Positions 40,059-48,772 of a DNA stretch of 64,000 bases are shown piece by piece; the first letter of the stretch is position 1, and each line of letters begins with the position of its first letter. Both the position numbers and the translations under genes were made by a program. The stretch is from positions 32,001 to 96,000 of the IMG/VR virus record IMGVR_UViG_3300027891_000004; one strand, given 5' to 3'. The DNA is from a virus (lineage: Duplodnaviria; Caudoviricetes). The notes beneath the pieces are model-generated. The model was not told the origin of the DNA, searched no databases, and saw nothing but the letters and a program-made list of their open reading frames with translations.

Positions 40059-40474
40059 TGTGATCCGCCATATTTTTCTTTAAAATAATCATCGTATTGG
40101 ACAATATCTGATATTGTATAAACGCCCAATTCCATTAGCTCTTTTTTTCTATCTGCGTAATCATCTTTCCGTTTATCAATCATCGACATCATCGCCTTAT
40201 TAAGGTGCTGTTGAATTCTATCGCCGTCAGTTGGCATCCTTAAACGCCGCGATTCTTCGATAACTTCCTCTTCTAGCCCTAGAATAATATCTTTTTGTTT
40301 TTCCGCATCCCATTCGTTCCACGGTTGTGGTTTGCCTATAAACTCAGCATTATCAACCGTTGCGCCTTCGGTCGTGTTTTCCTCTTGAAACGCTGACATA
40401 TTGCCGCTACCACCGGCTTTGCCCGTTTCAAGCAATTCATTGAAACTACTCGCTACTCTCATTTTATGTTTCAT
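40055..40474 (-). CDS. type-B leader plus unknown helical cargo
   Basis: MRVASSFNELLETGKAGGSGNMSAFQ...TVDN. Confidence 0.8.
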   Translation of the reverse strand: MKHKMRVASSFNELLETGKAGGSGNMSAFQEENTTEGATVDNAEFIGKPQPWNEWDAEKQKDIILGLEEEVIEESRRLRMPTDGDRIQQHLNKAMMSMIDKRKDDYADRKKELMELGVYTISDIVQYDDYFKEKYGGSQ

Positions 40475-40533
40475 TCAAAAAAGTAACAAACGCAAACATC
40501 CGTAGTATGCCTGTTCCTATTATTTATCTGTTG

Positions 40534-40851
40534 CTAAGGGTTATCGGGGCGACGGTTCCAAATATGGCTCACGTACTGCAACACGTTTTTAATCGAAACT
40601 TCATTATCTGCAGCACAATCGTGGTATGTCCGTAACAAACAAGGAAAACAAGCAACGTGGAAGTAATGGGGGTCTGCGTTAGACGGCGTATAGCTGTAAA
40701 CAACATACACATCTGTTTTTCCGCATTTAGGACATGGCAGCAATTCGCTCTCTGTCTGTCGGATTAAACGCTTTAATTCATAAGCATCCTCCAAATCGTC
40801 CAAAGAGTATCGCAATTTTTCAGGAATATTTTGTTTTATTGTCGTTTTCAT
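40534..40851 (-). CDS. Lar-family (restriction alleviation-like) Zn-finger protein
   Basis: LLPCPKCG...V.C..C...WNRR. Confidence 0.8.
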   Translation of the reverse strand: MKTTIKQNIPEKLRYSLDDLEDAYELKRLIRQTESELLPCPKCGKTDVYVVYSYTPSNADPHYFHVACFPCLLRTYHDCAADNEVSIKNVLQYVSHIWNRRPDNP

Positions 40852-40869
40852 GTTTTTCTAACAACAGTG

Positions 40870-41199
40870 CTATTCAAACCAGCCGTGCCCGTATTTCCAT
40901 TTGCCAAAACCATGCGTATTCTTAAATTGATCCGCCTGTTCTCTTGTAATTGACCGATAGCCTTCAAGAAAAAACGGATTGCCTTCAGAACCCGGTTCTG
41001 TTACAACAATGTCATACCCATCTCTATCCTGCGCAATATACAGCGAAATATCATAAAAAGATACGGGAGATAAATCCTCAACGGGCTTTTCTCCGGTCGG
41101 CATATTCTCCACTGAAACAGATTGAAACGCTGACATATTGCAGCTGCCACCGGCATTGCCCGTTTCAAGCAATTCATTGAAACTACCCACTACTCGCAT
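40870..41199 (-). CDS. type-B leader plus cargo X
   Basis: MRVVGSFNELLETGNAGGSCNMSAFQSVSVEN-MPT...; cargo similar to those of 50525 and 47795. Confidence 0.8.
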   Translation of the reverse strand: MRVVGSFNELLETGNAGGSCNMSAFQSVSVENMPTGEKPVEDLSPVSFYDISLYIAQDRDGYDIVVTEPGSEGNPFFLEGYRSITREQADQFKNTHGFGKWKYGHGWFE

Positions 41200-41255
41200 A
41201 ATATGTCCCTTTCAAAAAGAGTAACAAACGCAAACGTCTACGGTATGCCGGATTT

Positions 41256-42365
41256 TCATTCATTTCCCGCCTTGAAATTATACAACGGTTTTATTATTTT
41301 GACAACTTCCATCGTATCGCGGCTGTTCTCGATAATCTCGTTCATCGGCTTGTACGCCTGCGGTGCCTCGTCAATAGTCGCCCGGTTCACGGTGGACGAA
41401 CAGATTCCTTTCATCGATTTCTCGTATTCGATTAGCGTGATCTTTTCCTTCGCCTCTTTGCGGCTCATTACACGCCCGGCACCGTGCGGAGCCGAAAAGT
41501 TCCAATTGGCGTTCCCCTTCCCTACGCAAAGGAGGCTACCGTCCCGCATATTCATAGGCACCAATATACAGTCGCCGCTTCGGGCCGATACCGCACCTTT
41601 TCGTAAGATCATCGCATCCAAATCAATGTAATTGTGTACGACGGAAAACGTATCGACGATCTTGAACTTCGCCTGTTTTGATATGTCGCGGGCAATGGCC
41701 CGTCGGTTTAAGTCGGCGTATTGTTGGACGATGCCCATATCATGTAAATAATCGGACATCGGGGAGCCTTCCAAGTAGGCCAGTGCCCTATCGTCGCCTT
41801 CCTTTGTCCGACCCAACGTGTCGGCGGCCACGTTCTGATAATAGTCGCAAACCTGTTTGCCCAGATTGCGACTTCCGGAATGGACAATCAAATAGAGCTG
41901 TCCGTCATCGTCTTGCCCCAATTCAATAAAATGGTTCCCTCCGCCGAGCGTGCCCATTGAATGGGACGCACGGTGTAAATCGACGTGTTTTACGCATTTC
42001 AATTCAAATAAATCAATATCCTCGTTGAAATGATGCGGATCGTGTCGGGTGTTAAAACCAGCGGGTATGTTTTTTATAATCGCCTTGTCGAGTTGGTTTG
42101 GATCGACCCGTTTCTCCTTTATCAACGCGACGAACATCCCGCAACAACCGTCCGTCCCCACTAAATTGGGGACAATCTTATCCGTAATCGTCATGGTCAT
42201 TCCGACCGTACCGACCTGCCCGCTGTGGACATCGGGCATTACGCGGATTTGGCTTCCTTCGACAAATGGCTGGTTCAGGATATGCCGAATCTGCGCAATT
42301 GCGCCGGGTTCGGTGGTATCCGTGAATATCTTTGCCGTATTGTATGTTCCTTGTAATTCAATCAT
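41256..42365 (-). CDS. rtcB: RtcB-family RNA ligase
   Basis: MPDVHSG, GTLGGGNHFIE, HSGSR, HNY, RKGA, SAPHGAGR, DEAPQAYK. Confidence 0.97.
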   Translation of the reverse strand: MIELQGTYNTAKIFTDTTEPGAIAQIRHILNQPFVEGSQIRVMPDVHSGQVGTVGMTMTITDKIVPNLVGTDGCCGMFVALIKEKRVDPNQLDKAIIKNIPAGFNTRHDPHHFNEDIDLFELKCVKHVDLHRASHSMGTLGGGNHFIELGQDDDGQLYLIVHSGSRNLGKQVCDYYQNVAADTLGRTKEGDDRALAYLEGSPMSDYLHDMGIVQQYADLNRRAIARDISKQAKFKIVDTFSVVHNYIDLDAMILRKGAVSARSGDCILVPMNMRDGSLLCVGKGNANWNFSAPHGAGRVMSRKEAKEKITLIEYEKSMKGICSSTVNRATIDEAPQAYKPMNEIIENSRDTMEVVKIIKPLYNFKAGNE

Positions 42366-42552
42366 TGTTTTTCATTCTGTGCTTGTCGCCTTTCGGTTTT
42401 GGGACGCTCTTGTTCGGTTCCGTTTTGTTCGTTTATCCTCATGCGTGCCTGCACCGCCACATCGTGGCGAATGTCCGGTCCGCTTTTTGACCTTTATAAT
42501 GAGTATGCAAGTTTTCTTCTTCTTCTTTTTCATTTTTATTTTTTTTTCAAAA

Positions 42553-42625
42553 TAGGCGATGCAGGGATCGAACCTGCGACCTACGGATTATGAGTCCGCA
42601 GCTCTAACCGCTGAGCTAATCGCCT
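42553..42625 (-). tRNA. tRNA with CAU anticodon (elongator Met or Ile2), no encoded CCA
   Basis: AGGCGAT/ATCGCCT acceptor stem, GCTC..GAGC D stem, GCGGA-CTCATAA-TCCGT anticodon arm, GCAGG-TTCGATC-CCTGC T arm. Confidence 0.95.
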
Positions 42626-42748
42626 TTTTCCAGTTGCTTCTTTGCTTGTTGTCGTTCGCGTTTCTTCTGCGGACGGTAAACAGACTGTCTCGTTTCTTTT
42701 GACCAACGCTTTTTCCAGTACGATTTAGTAGCGTCATTTCCGTATGGC

Positions 42749-43126
42749 CTAATTTTTGTTCGTAATCTCATTCTTCGCTATCTCGAATTTTTTGAAGTCT
42801 TGCGCGTCAAACAACAATTCCAAGTCCCACCAATAAAATTCAAAAACATACCCGCATTCAAACCGTGATGTTTGCGCCTTATAGTATTCCACATTTTGAA
42901 TGTTTTGTTGATTGGCGTTTTGAAAAAACGGGCAGTAAGAACGCGGTATCCGGTAAGTTGCAAATGATGTACTTATAACAAAATCAGTATCCGTTACTGA
43001 ATGTACTTTTATCAAGGCATTTCGACGGTTGTTTTTCCCTCTGATTTTTTTTCTCGACGGGAAAAGCCTGTCGGGGGCGTTTTTAATCCGCTTCTTTATG
43101 CGCGTTATCTTTCGTCGATTGTTCAT
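42749..43126 (-). CDS. DUF2442-like antitoxin
   Basis: YRIPRSYCPFFQNANQQNIQNVE...FYWWDLE fits the DUF2442 pattern P...P.L.NA...NVE...W..LD. Confidence 0.65.
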   Translation of the reverse strand: MNNRRKITRIKKRIKNAPDRLFPSRKKIRGKNNRRNALIKVHSVTDTDFVISTSFATYRIPRSYCPFFQNANQQNIQNVEYYKAQTSRFECGYVFEFYWWDLELLFDAQDFKKFEIAKNEITNKN

Positions 43127-43131
43127 TTTTA

Positions 43132-43263
43132 CTAAACTAAAGGAAGGGAATGATCTGGGTTGTTTTCGTTCCAATTTTCAATGTATTTATTCGGGTTATT
43201 CGCCATGTCCATTTGAACCGCCTTAATGATGTCTTTATCCACTCTTGTGGGTTCCATCAACAT
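43132..43263 (-). pseudogene. C-terminal fragment of a DUF4160-like toxin (43 codons)
   Basis: VDKDIIKAVQMDMANNPNKYIENWNE aligns with IPAPIVSDIKKHIKKNRNGFVKDWQD of 46949..47386; ends 5 nt before the DUF2442-like start. Confidence 0.55.
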
Positions 43264-43404
43264 GCGGCTACTTAAAAGCAATCGAGTTAATCATCTTTTA
43301 CGTGCCTGGGATTCGCGGTCCGCCAACGGTCAGCCGCCTTTTCGTACTTTTTAACAAATTTTCGTCAAAACGCAACCGATCAAAACTGCCCGACGCAACA
43401 AAAC

Positions 43405-43420
43405 CCCGCCACGTGGCGGG
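43405..43420 (-). terminator. CCCGCCACGTGGCGGG palindrome terminator
   Basis: 4 nt after the stop of 43425..43895; followed by GTTTTG on the minus strand. Confidence 0.8.
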
Positions 43421-43424
43421 ATCG

Positions 43425-43895
43425 TTACGCCCAATAGGTCAAACTTGTTCCAGGTATCCGTCGCAGGTCCCAATTTTTCGTCGGCCGATCAAACAAATCT
43501 TCGACCTTGTTACATTGCGGGCAGGAATCGTCTTCGCAGGGCCAGCAATGCCCGCAAATCTCACAATGGTTATGCAGACATTCCGGGCATGTCAGCCATT
43601 CGTCTTCCGGTTCAAAAGCATATCTACAATTTTTGCACATCATTTTAACGTCGATACACTCGGACGTATGCGGCTTTGGTTTTTCGGCAACTATTACAAT
43701 CATGTCGATTCTCCTTTTATTATTTTGATTTCTTTTCGTATATTCATTGTTTGAAACAATCGGCACAGAGCAGGTAAGGGGGTCGGGGCAACTACAAAGA
43801 CCGGGCAGGGCTTCGCACCAGGCGCACCGGTAAGTATCATCGCATCGAACATATCTAGGCATCTGCGTCTCCTTTCTGGTTTTGTATTTATGCAA
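43425..43895 (-). CDS. Cys-rich zinc-ribbon protein
   Basis: Multiple CxxC pairs. Confidence 0.65.
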   Translation of the reverse strand: MHKYKTRKETQMPRYVRCDDTYRCAWCEALPGLCSCPDPLTCSVPIVSNNEYTKRNQNNKRRIDMIVIVAEKPKPHTSECIDVKMMCKNCRYAFEPEDEWLTCPECLHNHCEICGHCWPCEDDSCPQCNKVEDLFDRPTKNWDLRRIPGTSLTYWA

Positions 43896-44103
43896 ACAAT
43901 TTCACGCGGGGAACGCAAACAACGCGGCCTTCCGGGCCTGGGACGATCCTCAATTTATCCTTCGATACCCACCCAAATCCGCGTATGTAAATATGAAGGG
44001 TCGTCATATCGTCGATAACGCTAAACGTATCAAACGGTATGTGATTCTTTGTTTTTTCGGTTATGAGTATCTCTTTCCCGATTTCAAACGTTTCTCTTTT
44101 CAT
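43888..44103 (-). CDS. hypothetical protein (start MKRETF)
   Basis: AGGAG RBS upstream of the internal ATG of track ORF 43888..44304. Confidence 0.5.
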   Translation of the reverse strand: MKRETFEIGKEILITEKTKNHIPFDTFSVIDDMTTLHIYIRGFGWVSKDKLRIVPGPEGRVVCVPRVKLFA

Positions 44104-44143
44104 TTCTATTTCTCCTATTTGAAAATGTGCGGTGTAACAACGT

Positions 44144-44374
44144 TCAGTTAAAAACAATAACATCCCATTCCGACGTATTGTATTTATTGGCCTTCTTTTC
44201 AAGCCGGATAACGCCGTCTTCAACAAGTTGCGAAATATGCGTTTTGAACTGGCGCCGCGTCCAACCGAAGTAAGCCATACCCAAGAGGTAAACGTCGTAT
44301 TCAAACAGGGCGAATCCGCCGTTTGAAAGATGTTCGCAAGCCTTTACGAACTGCGTCAAAAGTGTGTTTTGCAT
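44144..44374 (-). CDS. hypothetical protein, possible winged helix
   Basis: AGGAG RBS; F...ISQLVEDGVIRL. Confidence 0.55.
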   Translation of the reverse strand: MQNTLLTQFVKACEHLSNGGFALFEYDVYLLGMAYFGWTRRQFKTHISQLVEDGVIRLEKKANKYNTSEWDVIVFN

Positions 44375-44494
44375 CGTCCCGATCTCCTATTGAAAAAGGT
44401 CTTGAACTTGCGGGGATCGTTCCCCGCACCTGTTTTTCAATAGATTCGTAGAGCAAGTTTTCAGGCAACTATGCAAAACATTACAAAGAAGTTT

Positions 44495-44734
44495 TTAATC
44501 AATAAGCAACTTTATCTTATCAGCAACTTCCTTTCCGTAATGTTCGGCCAACAGCGAATACATTGAATGCCCGGCTTCCTCATAGTTACCGTGTTGTTCA
44601 TGTAGCCATTTATCGAACTTGTACGGGTCTAAAAACGGTCTGCCCGTCAGCCACGAGAGCATACCGTCAAGGAAATTGCATATTTGCATATCGAACGTAT
44701 CCCTAAAAAATTTGATCGCTTCCTGGTGAGACAT
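44495..44734 (-). CDS. hypothetical phage protein
   Basis: 79-aa ORF downstream of the promoter motif at 44792. Confidence 0.65.
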   Translation of the reverse strand: MSHQEAIKFFRDTFDMQICNFLDGMLSWLTGRPFLDPYKFDKWLHEQHGNYEEAGHSMYSLLAEHYGKEVADKIKLLID

Positions 44735-44814
44735 ACGCCAATTCCCGTTCTAAAAAAAATACAAGTTAAATCAAAAAAAAACTTCCAACTAAGTATGCCG
44801 GATTATAACGCGAA

Positions 44815-45576
44815 TCAATTTGTTTTTTCTTTTTCGGCGTTCTTTTCGGCAAGCCACGCGAAGTATTCATCGGGGCTACTGAACTGTATTTGGCCTGCCT
44901 TCGGGGTGGGGAGCGGGGCCGAGTTTGCGTCTTTCCTGGTCTTGTTCGCCAGCTTATTCAATTCTTCAAGATGCGCTATTTCTTCGGGCAACAAGCGTAG
45001 CATCCAATGTATTTGATAACTCGTCAAATCAAGAATTTGGTCAACCGTCCAACCGTACTTTTCGGCCAACCCTTTGAAGATACGGGCCACGTTTTCGTCA
45101 GGAGTCGATTCGACACGCGGACTATCACTCTCAGGCTGCGGCGGATCGGGCGGGAGCGGGCAAAAAGTAGCTTGTTGCATCTCCGCGAGGAGCAACCGCG
45201 AGGTTTCGGAGATGCCGTTCGGAAAAAACAGCTTTTTTAGCTTTGCATCGGCCCACGCTGGTGCGTCGCGGATAAGCAACTTAATAAAACGAACCAAATA
45301 ATCAATATGAGAATATAAAAACTCATGGCCGATACCTACTTGGAAATCAAAGTCTTCGATTTTATTCAACGCAAGATCAACAAACTCGGCACGTTCGCTT
45401 TCGGGCACCAACTTAATCTGATCGTCAAACTGTTTGGCATACTTGTATTTAAGCCACGTATTGAAATCAATAAGATCGCGTTGTCGCAAAGGGTATACCC
45501 ATAGCGTATGCCGGTCCAATTCGTAGGGGACCGGCGATTGCGACATAGCCGATTTGTGCGTGTACGGTAAGATCAT
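44815..45576 (-). CDS. tail assembly chaperone, gpGT-like
   Basis: N-terminal half paralogous to 38983..39633; C-terminal LAEKYGWTVDQILDLTSYQI resembles gpT/gpE' segments. Confidence 0.7.
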   Translation of the reverse strand: MILPYTHKSAMSQSPVPYELDRHTLWVYPLRQRDLIDFNTWLKYKYAKQFDDQIKLVPESERAEFVDLALNKIEDFDFQVGIGHEFLYSHIDYLVRFIKLLIRDAPAWADAKLKKLFFPNGISETSRLLLAEMQQATFCPLPPDPPQPESDSPRVESTPDENVARIFKGLAEKYGWTVDQILDLTSYQIHWMLRLLPEEIAHLEELNKLANKTRKDANSAPLPTPKAGQIQFSSPDEYFAWLAEKNAEKEKTN

Positions 45577-45639
45577 GTGAATTGAAAACGATTCATTTAC
45601 CGTATGTATGCCAGAACGCGCCAGAAATTCAAGAACAAA

Positions 45640-46089
45640 TTAGCATCTTCGCCGGGGGAAACGCGCCGGGACCGCCTGCAGGGTAGGGACAAACGATTGT
45701 CGGCCCTGCAATGCCAATTCCGTATCCGCCATGCGCTGGGCAAGGCAGTTATTCGGATCGAGCAGCATCGCCTGCTGCCCGTGCAAAGAACCTCGAAGGA
45801 ACGCATCGGTAGTCATAGCATACGCCTCGCTGGCCGCGCCGACCGATTTTGAGGTAACAACGCCGGTAGATACCTGGAACTGGTGCGCCGCTAGATAAAG
45901 CGTAATCGCCTCGATCTGCTCAGGCGTATAATTTGCCATACACCCGTTCAAAATACTTGTCTGGACCATAAGCGACGCGGTTTTGATAGCCATATCCAAC
46001 GTCGCGTCGGCGGTCGGCGGTATGTTCGGGTACACCTCCCGTACTTTTCCGTGCGTTGTGTAGGGCGGGGTCATGTCTTTCGGTGCCAT
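45640..46089 (-). CDS. head-tail adaptor (DUF4054 / SPP1 gp15-like)
   Basis: YLAAH...VTSKSVGAASEAY...HGQQAMLLDP. Confidence 0.85.
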   Translation of the reverse strand: MAPKDMTPPYTTHGKVREVYPNIPPTADATLDMAIKTASLMVQTSILNGCMANYTPEQIEAITLYLAAHQFQVSTGVVTSKSVGAASEAYAMTTDAFLRGSLHGQQAMLLDPNNCLAQRMADTELALQGRQSFVPTLQAVPARFPRRRC

Positions 46090-46119
46090 TGCTGCTATAT
46101 TGTATGATTGGTTATTGTC

Positions 46120-46482
46120 CTATTTTTTCCGTTTCAATGCCTCGCGCACTTGGCTATCCTGTTCGTCGGCGATTTCGTAGGCAACGGTATCGTTCGCGTT
46201 GTGCGCATCCCGCAGCTGAATCCTAAAAAAATTGACGAGTTTATTCAAATCATCAACGCTATAGGCGGCGTACTCTTTGATGTTTTGTTCTCTTTCGCTT
46301 ACCAATTTCTTCAGGTCCTCGGAACCGACGGCACCCTGAAAACTAAGCGTCCAGTCCAATTTTCCTTTTGGTTCCCGCATCGAGGGTAGCGGACCAACCG
46401 GGACGGGCATCGCCGCGTTAAATGAGGCATTAGCGCATTGTTGCAAATGCTCAAACTGTGATATGTCTGCCAATTTTTTCAT
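46120..46482 (-). CDS. type-A leader plus unknown helical cargo
   Basis: MKKLADISQFEHLQQCANASFN. Confidence 0.8.
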   Translation of the reverse strand: MKKLADISQFEHLQQCANASFNAAMPVPVGPLPSMREPKGKLDWTLSFQGAVGSEDLKKLVSEREQNIKEYAAYSVDDLNKLVNFFRIQLRDAHNANDTVAYEIADEQDSQVREALKRKK

Positions 46483-46512
46483 TGTGATTCCACTAAAAAT
46501 TACGCACGTCCG

Positions 46513-46947
46513 TCATATAACAAATGAATCTTGGCTGTCGTTCCAATGCCGCCTATCAATATAATTTACGGATAATTCCAAACCTGCGATAGTACAAACA
46601 AAGTGGTGTCCGCAATGATCCGTATGCGTATCCCAATGATAACCAAGCGATATTAAATCATCAACCAGGGCCATTTCAAATTCCAACAATTTGTGTTTTG
46701 GTCGTCGCCATAGTTTAGAAAGTAGCACAAAACCTGGATTTCCACGTCGTCCCAACGCGGCATAGTATAGCCCTTTAGTTAGCCAACATATAGGATTTAA
46801 TTTGTTCAAAACATACGGCAATTTGAAATTGAATTCTAAACCGTAGTCTAAAACCACAAATCGAAAAAACAAACCTAAAAACGCCAACTTAATTGCGACG
46901 TTAATCACGCTATGCCTACTGTACCACCATTCTTTTAAACTGTCCAT
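46513..46947 (-). CDS. leaderless partner (putative antitoxin) of the DUF4160 cargo
   Basis: ATG 1 nt after the toxin stop (TAG-A-ATG). Confidence 0.65.
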   Translation of the reverse strand: MDSLKEWWYSRHSVINVAIKLAFLGLFFRFVVLDYGLEFNFKLPYVLNKLNPICWLTKGLYYAALGRRGNPGFVLLSKLWRRPKHKLLEFEMALVDDLISLGYHWDTHTDHCGHHFVCTIAGLELSVNYIDRRHWNDSQDSFVI

Positions 46948-46948
46948 T

Positions 46949-47386
46949 CTAATCCTCTCGTAACAGCTGTTGCCTTGCCTGCTCATCTTGCCAATCTTTT
47001 ACAAAACCATTTCTGTTCTTTTTAATGTGTTTTTTGATGTCGCTTACAATAGGGGCAGGTATGCCATTATTTTCGGCCAACTCGACAACGGCCTGACCAT
47101 TGTATTCAAGCCAAAATTTTGCTTTTCCTTCCGGCGTATAGACGTGAACGTGCATAGGTTCTGTTCTGCCGCCATGCTGTTCTTCGTCAACGTAAACAGA
47201 AAATGAAAAACCACGAAATGGCGGCGTATTCTTTGATTTGGGCGACATATTGCCGACAACGGCACTTTGAAATGCACCTGACAACTTGGAAACTGCCGCA
47301 CCATCATTAAACATGGACATTTCGCTTCGAGGCATATCCCAGTTCCCCAACGATTCAAACATTGATATATCAGCCAACCTTTCCAT
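46949..47386 (-). CDS. type-A leader fused to a DUF4160 (HicA-like/DhiT) toxin domain
   Basis: GFSFSVY..E.H...EPMHVHV....GKAKFWL...W; leader MERLADISMFESLG...MSMFN...AFQ...VVGN. Confidence 0.85.
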   Translation of the reverse strand: MERLADISMFESLGNWDMPRSEMSMFNDGAAVSKLSGAFQSAVVGNMSPKSKNTPPFRGFSFSVYVDEEQHGGRTEPMHVHVYTPEGKAKFWLEYNGQAVVELAENNGIPAPIVSDIKKHIKKNRNGFVKDWQDEQARQQLLRED

Positions 47387-47418
47387 TATTCTATCTTTCT
47401 TCGTGATTCGGCGAGTTG

Positions 47419-47802
47419 TTACTCTTGGAGATACCTACGATTCCATGATTCGCATATACGTCTTAGAGATTCTTTGAAATCTTCTTCATCGTCTTCCGCA
47501 TACCATGTTACTGTTTGCATACCGCATTCTGGATTGCTGCAACTAGCGTATAATCCATGAGGATTTATTGTAAATTCCACGCCGTAAGTGCCATCTTCTT
47601 TTTTCACGCTTCGTCCACCATTTTTTCCGGGATAAAAGGCGTATTCAATACGAGGCTTTTCCTGCCCACAATTTGCGCACGGTAACAATGAAACCTCAAA
47701 CGGTTCTATTAACGCTAGAATTTCGGCTTCATTTTCCAACATGCAGGCATAAAAACAAGCGGCAGAACCGGGCTTGAATTCTGGGGTCAATTTACTATTC
47801 AC
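47419..47802 (-). CDS. Lar-family Zn-finger protein
   Basis: LLPCANCG...C...CG...WNRR; paralog of 50108 and 40534. Confidence 0.8.
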   Translation of the reverse strand: MNSKLTPEFKPGSAACFYACMLENEAEILALIEPFEVSLLPCANCGQEKPRIEYAFYPGKNGGRSVKKEDGTYGVEFTINPHGLYASCSNPECGMQTVTWYAEDDEEDFKESLRRICESWNRRYLQE

Positions 47803-48199
47803 AGCTCACCTCTTCATTTTCAAATTTTACCAAACCTTCTATACTGTCGCCCCAAGTAGAACCGGAACGAACGCGGTTTATGTATTGTAACGCCTCTGCC
47901 CGGTCCGTAAAAGGCGATCCTTGTACAACAAATGAATCTTCCATCGGGTTATCTGGGTTTGTCGCAATTATATCCAAACCTTTGCCTTCCGGATTTTTTC
48001 GTAACGAAAATTTATACTGTTTTCCGGTCATCTTGCTTTTAGGCTTACTAAAATTTGGCGACATACTATCTACGATGGCATCTTGAAAAATCTCCGACAG
48101 GCGAGCAACCGCACCACTATTAAACATGGACATTTCGCTTCGAGGCATATCCTCGCTCCCCAACGATTCAAACATTGATATATCTGCCAACTTTTCCAT
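47795..48199 (-). CDS. type-A leader plus cargo X
   Basis: MEKLADISMFESLGSEDMPRSEMSMFN...IFQ; YKFSL...GLDIIATNPD. Confidence 0.8.
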   Translation of the reverse strand: MEKLADISMFESLGSEDMPRSEMSMFNSGAVARLSEIFQDAIVDSMSPNFSKPKSKMTGKQYKFSLRKNPEGKGLDIIATNPDNPMEDSFVVQGSPFTDRAEALQYINRVRSGSTWGDSIEGLVKFENEEVSCE

Positions 48200-48237
48200 A
48201 GCAGTATGCAAAAAAAGAAAAAATACTGATCAAAATT

Positions 48238-48768
48238 TTATTTCAATCCGGCCCGCACATTGTTGTCCATATCTTCAATATCGTTTTTGAATGTTTCGTA
48301 TGCCGCATCGAGGTCTTTGTCGCCGTTCTGCAATTGATCGAAAATTCTGTATTGTTTATCCGCCTCTTGCGACAACTTGGTATGCGAGTGCAAAAACGTA
48401 CCCAACGAATCCAACATCCCCTGCTCGCCCTGGGCTACTTTTGCCAGTGTCTGTATCTCTTTTTTCGGTATACTGGGAAACTGTTTGACGACTGATTTAA
48501 GCGTCCGTTTACCCCCGTTCAATTCACGCAGGGCCGAATAGACCTTTTTGAATTCGGGTCCCGTCACGCCCCGGCTCTCAAACTGTCCCATAAACGCCTC
48601 TTTTTGCGCCCGGAAATCATCGCCCGCCTGTGCCGCCTCGTAATGGAACGGCTTTACTTTTTCAACGAACCCGTCCGATAATTGCGAGTTGAAACACGAC
48701 ATGGGCGACATCATGCGTTGATTCGCGTGTGCCTGCAACGATTCAAATTGTGAAATATCTGCCTGCAT
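48238..48768 (-). CDS. type-A leader plus unknown helical cargo
   Basis: MQADISQFESLQAHANQRMMSPMSCFN. Confidence 0.8.
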   Translation of the reverse strand: MQADISQFESLQAHANQRMMSPMSCFNSQLSDGFVEKVKPFHYEAAQAGDDFRAQKEAFMGQFESRGVTGPEFKKVYSALRELNGGKRTLKSVVKQFPSIPKKEIQTLAKVAQGEQGMLDSLGTFLHSHTKLSQEADKQYRIFDQLQNGDKDLDAAYETFKNDIEDMDNNVRAGLK

Positions 48769-48772
48769 TGTC

